DNA from: Bryobacterales bacterium
GTDB taxonomy: Bacteria > Acidobacteriota > Terriglobia > Bryobacterales > Bryobacteraceae
Length of the DNA stretch: 64,000 nucleotides
Direction of reading: 5' to 3'
NCBI GenBank assembly: GCA_963744175.1
Contig: CAVUSQ010000002.1
Coordinates: forward strand, 62,178-126,177
Shown: positions 19,729-28,775 of the stretch, piece after piece
Numbering within the stretch: the first letter of the stretch is position 1
Layout: every line of letters begins with the position of its first letter
Position numbers and translations under genes: made by a program
The notes under the pieces: model-generated
The model's input: the letters and a program-made list of their open reading frames with translations, nothing else
What the model was told of the DNA's origin: nothing
The model's database searches: none

Positions 19729-20253
19729 ATGATACCGTTCGCGGACTACTGCCGGAAGGTCGAGCACCATATCGAGACGGCCTACGGCGTCCGAATCGTG
19801 ACCAGGGACATCCCGGACCCTTTGACCGGCGACCTCAACGGCGCCGAAATTCACATCGATTATGCGGTGACTCCAGAACAGCGCCTCTTTCTGCTGGCGC
19901 ACCTTTTCGGCCACACCGTCCAATGGAACACCAGTCCGACGGCATTCGATCTAGGCCGTCCCCAGAATCCCCCGGTGAGTGCGGATTGCTTGCCAGCGTT
20001 GATGGACTATGAGCGCGAAGCCGCCGGCTATGCACTTGGTCTTTTGCACGAAATCGGCATCACCGAAACCGACCAATGGTTCGCCGACTATGCGGCGTGC
20101 GATGCGGCTTACCTCCAGCACTACTACGTGACCGGTGAAAAGCGAGAGTTCCTGAGCTTCTGGCAGGACGGCACTCCGCGCGTCCAAGAAAGTCCGGTCC
20201 CGCCATTCTCCATCGTCGCGCGATGCTTCCGTAGCGATGGCGTTGTAATTTAG
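19729..20253 (+). CDS. Hypothetical protein, ImmA/IrrE-like fold with HLFGH in place of HEXXH
   Basis: 174 aa. TPEQRLFLLAHLFGHTVQW resembles the RxRFTLAHELGH region of DUF955/ImmA-IrrE metallopeptidases, but the catalytic Glu position is Leu. Divergent from pspA. Confidence 0.5.
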   Translation: MIPFADYCRKVEHHIETAYGVRIVTRDIPDPLTGDLNGAEIHIDYAVTPEQRLFLLAHLFGHTVQWNTSPTAFDLGRPQNPPVSADCLPALMDYEREAAGYALGLLHEIGITETDQWFADYAACDAAYLQHYYVTGEKREFLSFWQDGTPRVQESPVPPFSIVARCFRSDGVVI

Positions 20254-20519
20254 CAGCTTGTCGCGGCGAGTTCGTTAGCACGAAGCAGCTGCGTCCCATC
20301 CGATCCATAATTTGGGTAACTATTTACTTCGCTAACCACATTCTGCCAGGCTGTTGATGGCGTTACAGGCTGAAAAACCCGCTATACTGAACACAAAAGC
20401 CGCTCCAGCTAGAACTGGGCGGCTCGTGTTCAACCCGTGTTTGAGCCACGGACCGATAGTTTCTTGTCAGTCCTATCCTATCCGATAAGCGACCACAAGG
20501 CAAGCCGGGTGAGCACCGA

Positions 20520-20960
20520 TTGGGGTTCAACTATATGGCCTTGCTGTCGGCGAACATTCTTCTCTGTGAAACAGTTTTGTGGGAGGAACCGCCTTCTTCT
20601 GGGGGCGGGAAGGTGCCTACCGCAGTCCGTATGATGAGCGCTATAACGGTCGCACGAGGCAATAGCACTGCCCGCTTCTTCTCAGTGACATCGGTGAGTT
20701 CTCAACCTGGAGATTTTGAACAGCATCAACTCAGAATTAAAGTAACGGACAGAAATCTTAGACTCATCGCGGAAGCGAACGACTGGCCATTTAAGTTTGG
20801 CTATCTGCTCGATCCCTCTGGCCCGGGGGGATTCACGCTGACAACTGAATTCAACATCGACATCACGCCGCACCAATTGCCTCTTCACTGCTTGGTTTCA
20901 GCTTTTGTGGACGCTCAGACCGTAGCGAGAGCACCAATTATGCTGCGGCGGCTGGTATAG
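20520..20960 (+). CDS. Orphan hypothetical protein in the AT-richer islet
   Basis: 146-aa ORF with a TTG start; ATG at 20535 is an alternative (MALLSANILLCETVLWEE...). No family firmly recognised. Its 3' end overlaps the convergent ORF by 23 nt. Confidence 0.4.
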   Translation: MGFNYMALLSANILLCETVLWEEPPSSGGGKVPTAVRMMSAITVARGNSTARFFSVTSVSSQPGDFEQHQLRIKVTDRNLRLIAEANDWPFKFGYLLDPSGPGGFTLTTEFNIDITPHQLPLHCLVSAFVDAQTVARAPIMLRRLV

Positions 20961-21360
20961 GATCGCTCCATGCTGAGTTGGAACCAACCGTCTGAGCCGG
21001 AATCGGCGCAACATTCGCGTTCGAGTTCGCACCTATGCTCACGAACATCGAGTTCGCAGGTGCGACGACGTGATCCCACACGATGGGAGCGGATACCAAC
21101 TGCGGGGTCCATGGCTCAGCGGAGTACGCCACAAAAGAGCGAACAGAATTCCCCAACTGCTCTCTTAGGCGATCCTCACAAACATCATCAAAATGATATT
21201 CTGCTAGCGCCGCATCCACTGCAATGCACGCCGCCTTTAATTCTGGAACGTCGTAAGCTCCGGCTGAATTATCTTCAAACCAGTTTTCAAACTCAGAGAA
21301 CGGTAGCCGCCCATCTTTATAAGCAGCGATGTGATTTGACAACTCGCTCAAGCTGAACAT
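20938..21360 (-). CDS. Orphan hypothetical protein (helical N-terminal half, low-complexity tail)
   Basis: Start placed at the internal ATG 21360 ([32 protein letters not shown]...). The track extension to 21501 is possible but reads poorly. Confidence 0.4.
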   Translation of the reverse strand: MFSLSELSNHIAAYKDGRLPFSEFENWFEDNSAGAYDVPELKAACIAVDAALAEYHFDDVCEDRLREQLGNSVRSFVAYSAEPWTPQLVSAPIVWDHVVAPANSMFVSIGANSNANVAPIPAQTVGSNSAWSDPIPAAAA

Positions 21361-21844
21361 GGCGGGCCCTCCCAATAGTATTATACGTAAAATTTCCTGC
21401 CAAGAACATCTTTGTCGTATTTTTTCTAACCTTAGAATACTGGAACGTATTGATTCTGGGGAATTTACACTGGTTGTCGATTCATTGACGCCTAAGGTCA
21501 AACCAGGAACGGACTACAAGGGGAATATCTGTACGCACAACGAAATGAGTCGCATTTTGGACCATCGCTATCCCGCTACCGATCAACGACATATAGTTGC
21601 GAAAGTCCATCGCCATCTCACTGCTAGCGGCGAAGCGTGCTATAGCGGCAAGTACGATCCAAAAACCATAACGACGCCCGACTGGATCAAATATCAGGAA
21701 CTACCACCCAATAGTACTTCTGGATGTGAGTTGTGCGAAGCAGGCGATATAATTTTCCCAAGCGGCAGGTTCATGCATTCCAAATATCGCCCCTCGACAT
21801 TTCAGTGTCTATGGATTAGTTTTCGTGCCCTCATCAGACTATGA
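21359..21844 (+). CDS. Orphan hypothetical protein (start uncertain)
   Basis: 161-aa ORF. The ATG at 21359 overlaps the opposite-strand start at 21360, so a later start ([10 protein letters not shown], ~21545) is plausible. Its stop overlaps the next ATG (ATGA at 21841-21844). Confidence 0.4.
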   Translation: MAGPPNSIIRKISCQEHLCRIFSNLRILERIDSGEFTLVVDSLTPKVKPGTDYKGNICTHNEMSRILDHRYPATDQRHIVAKVHRHLTASGEACYSGKYDPKTITTPDWIKYQELPPNSTSGCELCEAGDIIFPSGRFMHSKYRPSTFQCLWISFRALIRL

Positions 21845-21990
21845 AGCCCCACCCTGAAATGATCGAAGGGCCAGAAGCGTTCGCGCGTTTCCGCGAGGCC
21901 GTCCAGAAGGTGCTGACAGTTCCCAAGAGCGCGGTTCCGAATCCGTTCGGACATCGCCCAAAGAAGAAAAAGCCAGCACCGAAGGGCTAG
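21841..21990 (+). CDS. 49-aa protein with lysine-rich tail, translationally coupled to the preceding ORF
   Basis: Below the track cut-off. [52 protein letters not shown] at 21988-21990. Confidence 0.4.
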   Translation: MKPHPEMIEGPEAFARFREAVQKVLTVPKSAVPNPFGHRPKKKKPAPKG

Positions 21991-22721
21991 CCTTTTCTCT
22001 TCCCGCGCTTCTGTCGAGCCGCTTCCTTTTCAGTTAGGATACGTTTGTGGTTCTTTCCGGTTGCCTCATTCCAGGTTAGCCGCTTGCCGACGATCTGAGA
22101 CGCGGCCATCTTGAAGCGGTCGAAGTCCGTCATCTCTTTACGGTTGTTGAAGCGGTACGCCTGTTCGTCCACATAACGGAACAGGAAACGGTTCGACACT
22201 GACGTAGGTTCCGCTGATCGATCGTTTCAGGAGACTCCAATAGTTCTCAAGGCTGTTGGTCTGTACGTTGCCATCCACGGTATGGCGTGATCCACGACTT
22301 GATGGGCGTAGTCACCCTCCAGCCCTTCGTATGACAAAAGGAAATCGGTGTAGAGCGCGGAACCAGCTTCCACGTGCCTGTTAACTCCAGTCTGGAGAGC
22401 CCGCTTCTTGCGGTTGGGAATCACCATAGTCCGAACCTTGCCGCCGCGCTCCATGATCTCGAGTACGGGAGTCTTGTCCTTGCCGCCAGTGCCAGTGATC
22501 CGGCGACGACGTTGGGCAACGTGCATATTGCATGCTTTCCTGCCTATAAAGGTTTCGTCCGCTTCGACGCGGCCGCTGGCCTTCTCGATAGAGCCATCAT
22601 GGACCGCCATGCGGATACGGTGATTCATAAACCATGCCGACTTCTGAGTGACTCCTAAGTCACGAGCCATCTCGCAGGTTATATATTCAGTAACTCTGCA
22701 TGCTTCTGTGGCGTGGGCCAT
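21987..22721 (-). mobile_element. IS1595-family (ISXO2-like) transposase remnant: N-terminally truncated and frameshifted
   Basis: Fragments 22227..22721 (...VEADETFIGRKACNMH...KDKTPVLEIMERGGKVRTMVIPNRKK...) and 21987..22199 (LFRYVDEQAYRFNNRKEMTDFDRF...GKRLTWNEATGK). A hidden middle piece (VDGNVQTNSLENYWSLLKRSISGTY) is in a third frame. The N-terminal zinc-ribbon region is missing. I could not identify terminal inverted repeats. Confidence 0.75.
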
Positions 22722-22750
22722 GCCCTGCGAACCACCGTTTCAGCATCGAG

Positions 22751-25393
22751 CTATTCCTGGCGAAGAGCAATCAAAGGATCCACCCGGCTCGCGCGCCGCG
22801 CCGGTATAAAGCTCGCGAACAAAGCGGCCGCCACCAGCACGGCAATCGTGATCGCGAACGTCGATAGCTCCGTAGGCTGAGTACCGTCCACCAGACGCAC
22901 CAACACCCGCCCGGCCGCCAGAGCGCCCGCAGCGCCAACTCCCACACCCAGAAAAATCATTCCAAGGCTCTGACGGACCACCAGCCATATCACATCGCCC
23001 GCTTTTGCCCCCAGTGCCATGCGTACACCCATTTCCGGCACGCGCTGGCCGGTCAGATACGCCATAACGCCGTAAATTCCGATGCACGCCAGCACTAGAG
23101 CCAGTGCGGCGAAAATGCCGAACAACAGCAGGAGAAAGCGTTGCCGCGCAAGCGAATCCCGGACGAACTGTTCCATCGTGCTTACCTCGTATAGAACCTG
23201 ATCGTTGCCCGACCCCCGCACCTCTCTCCGCAATGATTCGACCGCACTCAAGGGCGCGATGCTCGTGCGGACGGCGATCGACATGAGTTCGGACCACCGC
23301 CGCACTAAAGGGTCCGGCACTTGCGCAAACGGATAGTAGAGCTGCGCGCGCACCTTAGCCTGATCGTCGCTCGCCAGTCCCCATTGGCGGACATGACGCA
23401 CCACGCCCACCACGCGGACGGGGTCGGGCCCGATACCGATCCAAAGGTGCTTGCCCAGAGGGTCCTCAGATCCGAAAGCCTCGTGGGCCATCACTTCGTC
23501 GATGACGGCGACAGACTCGGTTCCTTGACGGTCCTGATCCTCGATAAACCGACCCCCGAGCAGTGGAATGCCCATGACCTTCAAATAACCGGGCGTCACG
23601 CTGTTCGCCAAAACGAGTGGCTGCTGGTTTTCCGGCGGCGCTGCCGCACTCGTCGAATAGCCGATCGGGTTACTGCCTTCGCGCATGGGAACGGTGTCGA
23701 CCATGGCTACCGCTTCAACTCCTGGAACGCTGTGCAATCGATCGAGAATCTCCTGCCAACGCACGCGTGTCTTCCCGGGATTTGCCAGCGTGGCAGGTGA
23801 TAGCGCGACGCGGCTGGTAAGCACGTTGTGGATGTTCAAGCCGGGGTCGAGCGAGGAGAGGCGCAGCAGCGTGCGCCCAAGCACCGCCGCCGATACTAAT
23901 AGCACCACCGCCAGCGCGATTTCGCAGATAACAAAGGCCGCGTGCAAACGGCGCGAGTTTCCGGCGATGCTTCGCGCCCCCGCCCGGAGTATCTTTTCCA
24001 GTTCGCGAGCAGGAGCGCGCAGAGCCGGCGCCAGTCCGAAAAGCAAACCGCTCGAGAGCGAAGCGGCGAGCGCGAATAACAGCACATGCCAATCGAGCTG
24101 AACCTCTTCGGCGCGCGGCAAACTGCCGGGCCAGAACGCCACAAACGGGCGGATGCCGATTGCTGCCAGCAAAACTCCCAGCGCCCCTCCGCCGATCGCG
24201 AGCACGGAGCTCTCGGTCAAACATTGGCGTACCAGGCGTCCCCGCCCTGCCCCGAGAGCGACCCGCATCGCCAGCTCGCGTTCACGCGAAACCGCGCGGG
24301 CCAGCAGCAGGCTCGCGACATTTGCGCAGGCGATCAACAGCACCAGGCTGACCGCGCCCAATAGCAACCACAGCGTTGACCGGACATCTCCGACATCCGG
24401 ACGAAGCGGTTCCGCAACAAAGCTCCGCCCCTTGTTCGACTTGGGATATTCGTCCGCCAGATGCCGCCCGATCAGCGCCAGTTCCACTTGCGCCTGTGCC
24501 AGCATCTCATCCGGCCGGAGGCGTGCCCAGACTTGAAGTCCCCGATGCGCCTCGCGATTTCGCATTGCCGGCGAAGTGTTCTGCCCCAGTAGAGTAATCA
24601 CATCCGGGTCCATGCCAAAATGAAAGCCCGCGGGGGTGATGCCAACAACCGTGTACGGCTTTTCATCGAAAACAATTCGCGAACCGATCGCCGCCGGGCT
24701 TCCTCCGAAACGCCTTTGCCAAAGCCCATGGCTGATGATCGCCACTGGCGACGCACCCGCCGCGTCTTCTTCCGGCCGAAACGCGCGTCCTCGGAAAAGA
24801 GGAACGCCGAGCATGGAAAACAGATCGTGCGTGACCTCGCTCCGATTCACATACTCGGCGTCGCCGGGCTCACTGAGCGTCCCTCCGTTATCGTTCCAGG
24901 CCACCATTTCGAGAACATGGCTCTCGCGCTTGCAATCGACGAAGTTCGGGTATGTGAAGTTCCAACGATTTCCCCAATGCGTGCTCCAATCCGTCTGTTC
25001 CTCCACGTGGACCAGCCGGTCGGGATCCCGATAAGGAAACGGCTTCAGCAACACCCCGTTGATCACCGTGAACATGACGGTGGTCGCTCCGCTGCCGAGG
25101 GCGAGCGTCAGCAGCGCAATCGCCGCAAATCCAGGTCTCTGCCGCAGGGAGCGTAGCGCGTAATGGAAATCCTGCCAAAAATCTTCCAGCCATCGCGTGC
25201 CACGGGCGTCGCGGCATTGCTCCTTCACCTGCTCAGGACCGCCGAGAGCGAGCCGCGCTTGCCGTCGCGCTTCTTCGGGATCGAGACCCTGCGCGATCAA
25301 ATCGCTCGCCGTTTGGTCCAGATGAAATCGCAGTTCCTTTTCGAGCCGCTCTTCCATTTGTTGCCGGCGCAACAAGCGGTGCCACCAGTTCAT
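22751..25393 (-). CDS. ADOP-family (MacB_PCD + duplicated FtsX) ABC permease, intact
   Basis: Start placed at ATG 25393 (MNWWHRLLRRQQMEERLEKELRFHLDQ), which overlaps the PadR stop (ATGA). FtsX motifs LIACANVASLLLARA, RELAMRVALGAGRGRL and QRVPEMGVRMALGAKAGDV. C-terminus RVDPLIALRQE. Confidence 0.9.
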   Translation of the reverse strand: MNWWHRLLRRQQMEERLEKELRFHLDQTASDLIAQGLDPEEARRQARLALGGPEQVKEQCRDARGTRWLEDFWQDFHYALRSLRQRPGFAAIALLTLALGSGATTVMFTVINGVLLKPFPYRDPDRLVHVEEQTDWSTHWGNRWNFTYPNFVDCKRESHVLEMVAWNDNGGTLSEPGDAEYVNRSEVTHDLFSMLGVPLFRGRAFRPEEDAAGASPVAIISHGLWQRRFGGSPAAIGSRIVFDEKPYTVVGITPAGFHFGMDPDVITLLGQNTSPAMRNREAHRGLQVWARLRPDEMLAQAQVELALIGRHLADEYPKSNKGRSFVAEPLRPDVGDVRSTLWLLLGAVSLVLLIACANVASLLLARAVSRERELAMRVALGAGRGRLVRQCLTESSVLAIGGGALGVLLAAIGIRPFVAFWPGSLPRAEEVQLDWHVLLFALAASLSSGLLFGLAPALRAPARELEKILRAGARSIAGNSRRLHAAFVICEIALAVVLLVSAAVLGRTLLRLSSLDPGLNIHNVLTSRVALSPATLANPGKTRVRWQEILDRLHSVPGVEAVAMVDTVPMREGSNPIGYSTSAAAPPENQQPLVLANSVTPGYLKVMGIPLLGGRFIEDQDRQGTESVAVIDEVMAHEAFGSEDPLGKHLWIGIGPDPVRVVGVVRHVRQWGLASDDQAKVRAQLYYPFAQVPDPLVRRWSELMSIAVRTSIAPLSAVESLRREVRGSGNDQVLYEVSTMEQFVRDSLARQRFLLLLFGIFAALALVLACIGIYGVMAYLTGQRVPEMGVRMALGAKAGDVIWLVVRQSLGMIFLGVGVGAAGALAAGRVLVRLVDGTQPTELSTFAITIAVLVAAALFASFIPARRASRVDPLIALRQE

Positions 25394-25728
25394 TCCGCAC
25401 CCTCTTCTGACAGGCGGAGAATGAGGCCCACTGCTTCCGTCAAGCGGCGCCAACTCGCGGCTTCCGCTTCCAGTTGCGCCCGCCCCTTCCGTGTCAACCG
25501 ATAGAACTTCGCTTCGCGCCCGGTCTCGGTCTCCTTCCAGTCCGCGGTCAAAAGGCCGCGATTTTCGAGCCGGTGCAACGCTGGGTAAAGCGAGCCCTGC
25601 GGGACTTGCACCACATCCCGCGATACCTGCTGAAGCCTTTGGGCGATCGCATACCCGTGAACGGGACCGAGCGCGACCACCTGCAGGATCAGCAGGTCCA
25701 GGGTGCCTTGGGGAAGATCTGATTTCAT
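25390..25728 (-). CDS. PadR-family transcriptional regulator
   Basis: 112 aa. GTLDLLILQVVALGPVHGYAIAQRLQQ...QGSLYPALHRLENRGLLTADWKETETGREAKFYRLT. Confidence 0.9.
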   Translation of the reverse strand: MKSDLPQGTLDLLILQVVALGPVHGYAIAQRLQQVSRDVVQVPQGSLYPALHRLENRGLLTADWKETETGREAKFYRLTRKGRAQLEAEAASWRRLTEAVGLILRLSEEGAE

Positions 25729-25776
25729 CTTCTACATGTTAATAATTAACGTGTAGAAGCGCAAGGTGTGAGCTGG

Positions 25777-26349
25777 TTATTTCTTGGGAGGATTGATCAT
25801 AATATGCGCGCCCGCCGTCCCCGCGGACATCAGCCAGGGTGCGCCATCGCTAGCCTTGGTGGAGAGGCCGGTCGATTGGGGCGTGGCATAAGGCACATAG
25901 ATCACCCATCGCAGATATGGATCCGCCACTTTTCCACTCGCGGCATCGAAGCTGGTGCCTGTCAATACATACAACGTTCGCGGCTCGCGAGGAAGCGAAA
26001 GTTTTCCGTCCGCAACTTCCTTCCACCGGATGTCGTTGCGCGGTTGTCCGGTAATTTTCTGCGCCAGGAGTTCGCGGCCGCGAGCCATATAAGGTTCCAG
26101 CTCCTTGTGATAACAAGCCACGTTGAACGAACTTTTGGCGGGGTCGCTAGCAAGACAGATAAGTTCGTTCTTGCCCTCGCGAAGCGGGACGAGCTCTCCC
26201 TTAGCGTTATAGCCGAGCACCGCCGCGCCCTCGCGAAGTTCGGTCGGCGCAGCGAGAATCGCGGCACGGATTTGCGTCTCGGGCAAAGGCATCTCGGCAG
26301 CCGCCAACGTTGATGCAAAAAGAATTGTCCAACAAGAGATTTTCGTCAT
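25777..26349 (-). CDS. Secreted hypothetical protein
   Basis: 190 aa with an N-terminal signal-like MTKISCWTILFASTLAAAEMP. No family recognised. Confidence 0.6.
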   Translation of the reverse strand: MTKISCWTILFASTLAAAEMPLPETQIRAAILAAPTELREGAAVLGYNAKGELVPLREGKNELICLASDPAKSSFNVACYHKELEPYMARGRELLAQKITGQPRNDIRWKEVADGKLSLPREPRTLYVLTGTSFDAASGKVADPYLRWVIYVPYATPQSTGLSTKASDGAPWLMSAGTAGAHIMINPPKK

Positions 26350-26378
26350 CTTGTTTACCTTATCACTCAGCCAATGCC

Positions 26379-26404
26379 AAAAAACGGGCGCTAGAAAGCG
26401 CCCG
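26379..26404 (-). terminator. Rho-independent terminator
   Basis: On the minus strand: CGGGCGC-TTTCTA-GCGCCCG followed by TTTTTT. It lies between the 26525..26941 gene and the next gene start. Confidence 0.6.
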
Positions 26405-26524
26405 CCTTAATTACCGCCATTTAGGGTTTTTGGAGGCCAACGTTGAGGTCTCGCAAGTCTATGCGTTTAAACGGCTTGCCCGCAGCAGATCAGGCTGCTT
26501 TCGGGAACTCTCAAAGGGAAATCA

Positions 26525-26941
26525 TTATTGCATGCCGACTTCGATTGTCGGTTTAGCCGCGGCGGCGCGCTCGACTGTCGCATGCGGATTTTTCGCAACG
26601 ACGAAATGCAGCGCTTTGCCCATGGCTCCAGATTCGAAGCGCTGGAGCGCGTACATACCGCCCGAATCCACCATGATCAACTTGGCCTTCTCCGTTCCCG
26701 GCTCGACGTCGTAGCCGGCGGCGAGAAGGGCAACCTTTACTCGATCGCCTATAATGAAGATTCCTTTCGCTCCTTCTAACGTCGAAACCGAGTAGTTGCC
26801 CGGCTGCAAAACGACGTTGCCAAAACGCGCTTCAAAGGGCAGCGTGAACGAGCCGCGGTAGTGCTCAGACTGTGCACTCGCAGTTCCTGCGAAGGCGGCT
26901 GCCAACATCACGGCACTCATGGTCCACTTCATATTCAACAT
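26525..26941 (-). CDS. Secreted hypothetical protein
   Basis: 138 aa with signal peptide MKWTMSAVMLAAAFAGTASAQ. No family recognised. Confidence 0.6.
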   Translation of the reverse strand: MLNMKWTMSAVMLAAAFAGTASAQSEHYRGSFTLPFEARFGNVVLQPGNYSVSTLEGAKGIFIIGDRVKVALLAAGYDVEPGTEKAKLIMVDSGGMYALQRFESGAMGKALHFVVAKNPHATVERAAAAKPTIEVGMQ

Positions 26942-27050
26942 GGGTAGTTCTCCTTATCCTGCTTAGTTCAATTCCGAACCTTTCGGTCTCTTTGTTCGTC
27001 AATCAGACAGACGAAACATTTCGCGGATCGCATCTCAGCAGGAGATCAAT

Positions 27051-28403
27051 TTGTTATCAGGACCTAAGTTGAAGACGAATGACGAGTTAGGGAATGTTGT
27101 GATTTCCGTGCGGGTTCAGTTCGGCGTTTTCGAGGTCAACCTGCGGGAACGCGAGTTACGTAAGTTCGGATTGCGCGTTAAGCTGCAACAAAAGCCGTTT
27201 CAAATTCTCCATCGTTTGCTCGAAACCCCCGGGGAGTTTGTGAGCAGAGAGGAGCTCGCGCGGTTTCTATGGCCCGATCTCCATGTGCTCTTTGACCGGA
27301 GCCTGAATACGGCGGTGAACGCGCTTCGGCGTGCGCTGGGCGATGCGGGGAGAAACCCGCGGTTTATCGAATCACGACAGGGTTTAGGATATCGATTCAT
27401 TGCGCAAGTCGAAACTATTGCTCCGGTTGCAGTCAGCTCACAACGGCGAAGCACCGAGGCGCATCGGGATTATCTCAAAGGCCGATATTTTTCCAACAAG
27501 CAGACGGTGGAGGATCTTCACAAGAGCATCGCCCACTTTGAATCGGCTCTGGCGCACGATCCGGGCTATGCGCTGGCCCACACTGGCCTCGCTGATACGT
27601 ATATCCAGTTCGCGTTTCAGGGAATGCTTCCAGCTCGAGAATCTTTTGCGCATGCGAAGAAGTTCGCCGAGGCTGCATTACGAATCGATGACCGCCTGCC
27701 GGAGGCCCACACTTCGATCGCCGGAGTGAGACGCTATTGCGACTGGGACTGGACGGGCGCTGAAGCCGCTTATCACCGAGCGCTCAAGTTGAATTCGAAT
27801 GACCCGCGCGCGCATCGCCTATATGCCGATTACCTTTCAACGATGGGGCGTTCCGAGGAAGCCCTGAGAGAAATCAGCGCAGCACAAGAGCTGGATCCGC
27901 TGTCATTGATCATTAACATGGAAATGGCCTGGATTCTCTATATCGCGCGCGATTTCCAAGGAGCCGCCGAACAGTCCTGGAAGACTCTGGCCATGGAACC
28001 GCGGTTTGCGCCCGCCCAAAACACGCTTGGACTCGCCTATCAGCAGATGGGGATGATCGAGGAAGCCATCGTGGAGTTGGATAATGCACGCGCCTGTTCG
28101 GCGGAGCATCCCGCGGCGCAGGCGGCGCTCGCGCATGCTCTGGCAATCGCCGGGAGACGAGCCGAAGCCGAGATAATTCTGGAGGGACTCAAAAAAATGT
28201 CACGGACCCGCAACGTGGCCTGGTATTGGCTCGCTCTTTTGAATACGGCGCTTGGCGCATGTGACGCGGCGTTCGAGTCGCTTCACGAAGCATACGAGAA
28301 TCGCGAGGCTTGGCTAGTCTGGCTCAAAGTCGAGCCGCGTTACGATCCATTGCGCGAAGATGCCCGATTCGACCGTTTGTTGCGACGCATCGGTCTCGAA
28401 TGA
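27051..28403 (+). CDS. Winged-helix (OmpR/CadC-type trans_reg_C) DNA-binding protein with C-terminal TPR repeats
   Basis: 450 aa, TTG start with GGAGA SD. wHTH: VKLQQKPFQILHRLLETPGEFVSREELARFLWPD...LNTAVNALRRALGD...GYRF. Followed by repeated TPR-like AxxxYxxALxLxP units. Confidence 0.85.
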   Translation: MLSGPKLKTNDELGNVVISVRVQFGVFEVNLRERELRKFGLRVKLQQKPFQILHRLLETPGEFVSREELARFLWPDLHVLFDRSLNTAVNALRRALGDAGRNPRFIESRQGLGYRFIAQVETIAPVAVSSQRRSTEAHRDYLKGRYFSNKQTVEDLHKSIAHFESALAHDPGYALAHTGLADTYIQFAFQGMLPARESFAHAKKFAEAALRIDDRLPEAHTSIAGVRRYCDWDWTGAEAAYHRALKLNSNDPRAHRLYADYLSTMGRSEEALREISAAQELDPLSLIINMEMAWILYIARDFQGAAEQSWKTLAMEPRFAPAQNTLGLAYQQMGMIEEAIVELDNARACSAEHPAAQAALAHALAIAGRRAEAEIILEGLKKMSRTRNVAWYWLALLNTALGACDAAFESLHEAYENREAWLVWLKVEPRYDPLREDARFDRLLRRIGLE

Positions 28404-28674
28404 AGGCTGATTGATGGAGGAGCGAGGTCAATTTGTCATACGGCGCCTGCGCAGTTAGAGACAGAGCGACCACGGCGATGATGCCGAGGGTAAGAACACC
28501 TTAACTAATGGCCTGTCGCAGGGAAATCGTTAGCATGTCCCCTCCTTTACAGTCGGGGTTCGGTAATGGGCTCCTGGGCCGTCCTCAGCTTTTCCTGCCG
28601 AGCCCCGACCGTAAGGAAGGGGACGACGACGGTAACGATTTCTCAGCGACAGGCTGCTTGTGTGCTGTTTCTGA

Positions 28675-28775
28675 AGGGGCGGTCCCCTGGACCGCGGCCG
28701 ACGCCTGCGTCGGCCCATGTTTTAAGTGCGCGTGCAGAGCCGGACCAAGGGGTCCGGCGCGGACGAGGCGTCCGC
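28675..28775. other. Cluster of four GC-rich stem-loops in a long convergent intergenic spacer
   Basis: AGGGG-CGGT-CCCCT (28675-28688); GGCCGACG-CCTG-CGTCGGCC (28696-28715, followed by CATGTTTTA); GCCGGACC-AAGG-GGTCCGGC (28739-28758); GCGGACG-AGG-CGTCCGC (28759-28775). Confidence 0.45.

Noticed and set aside
18839-19732. 297-aa plus-strand ORF
   Set aside because: It is antisense to pspA. Its Leu/Arg-rich repetitive product mirrors the coiled-coil codons of PspA.
20500-20540. GGGGTTCAACT resembling a tRNA T-loop, considered as a possible tRNA or att fragment at the islet border
   Set aside because: I could not build an acceptor stem, anticodon arm or complementary T-stem around it.
21361-21501. 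Track extension of the minus-strand ORF 20938..21501 ([17 protein letters not shown]...)
   Set aside because: The extension lies in the most AT-rich stretch and reads like non-coding sequence. I kept the shorter form from ATG 21360, but this is uncertain because it collides with the ATG at 21359 on the other strand.
28501-28536. 11-codon minus-strand ORF with a near-perfect SD, followed in frame by a TM-like stretch
   Set aside because: It is not called as a gene. It is interrupted by TAA and runs antisense into the 3' end of the wHTH-TPR gene, and I have no conservation evidence. It is kept only as part of the spacer finding.
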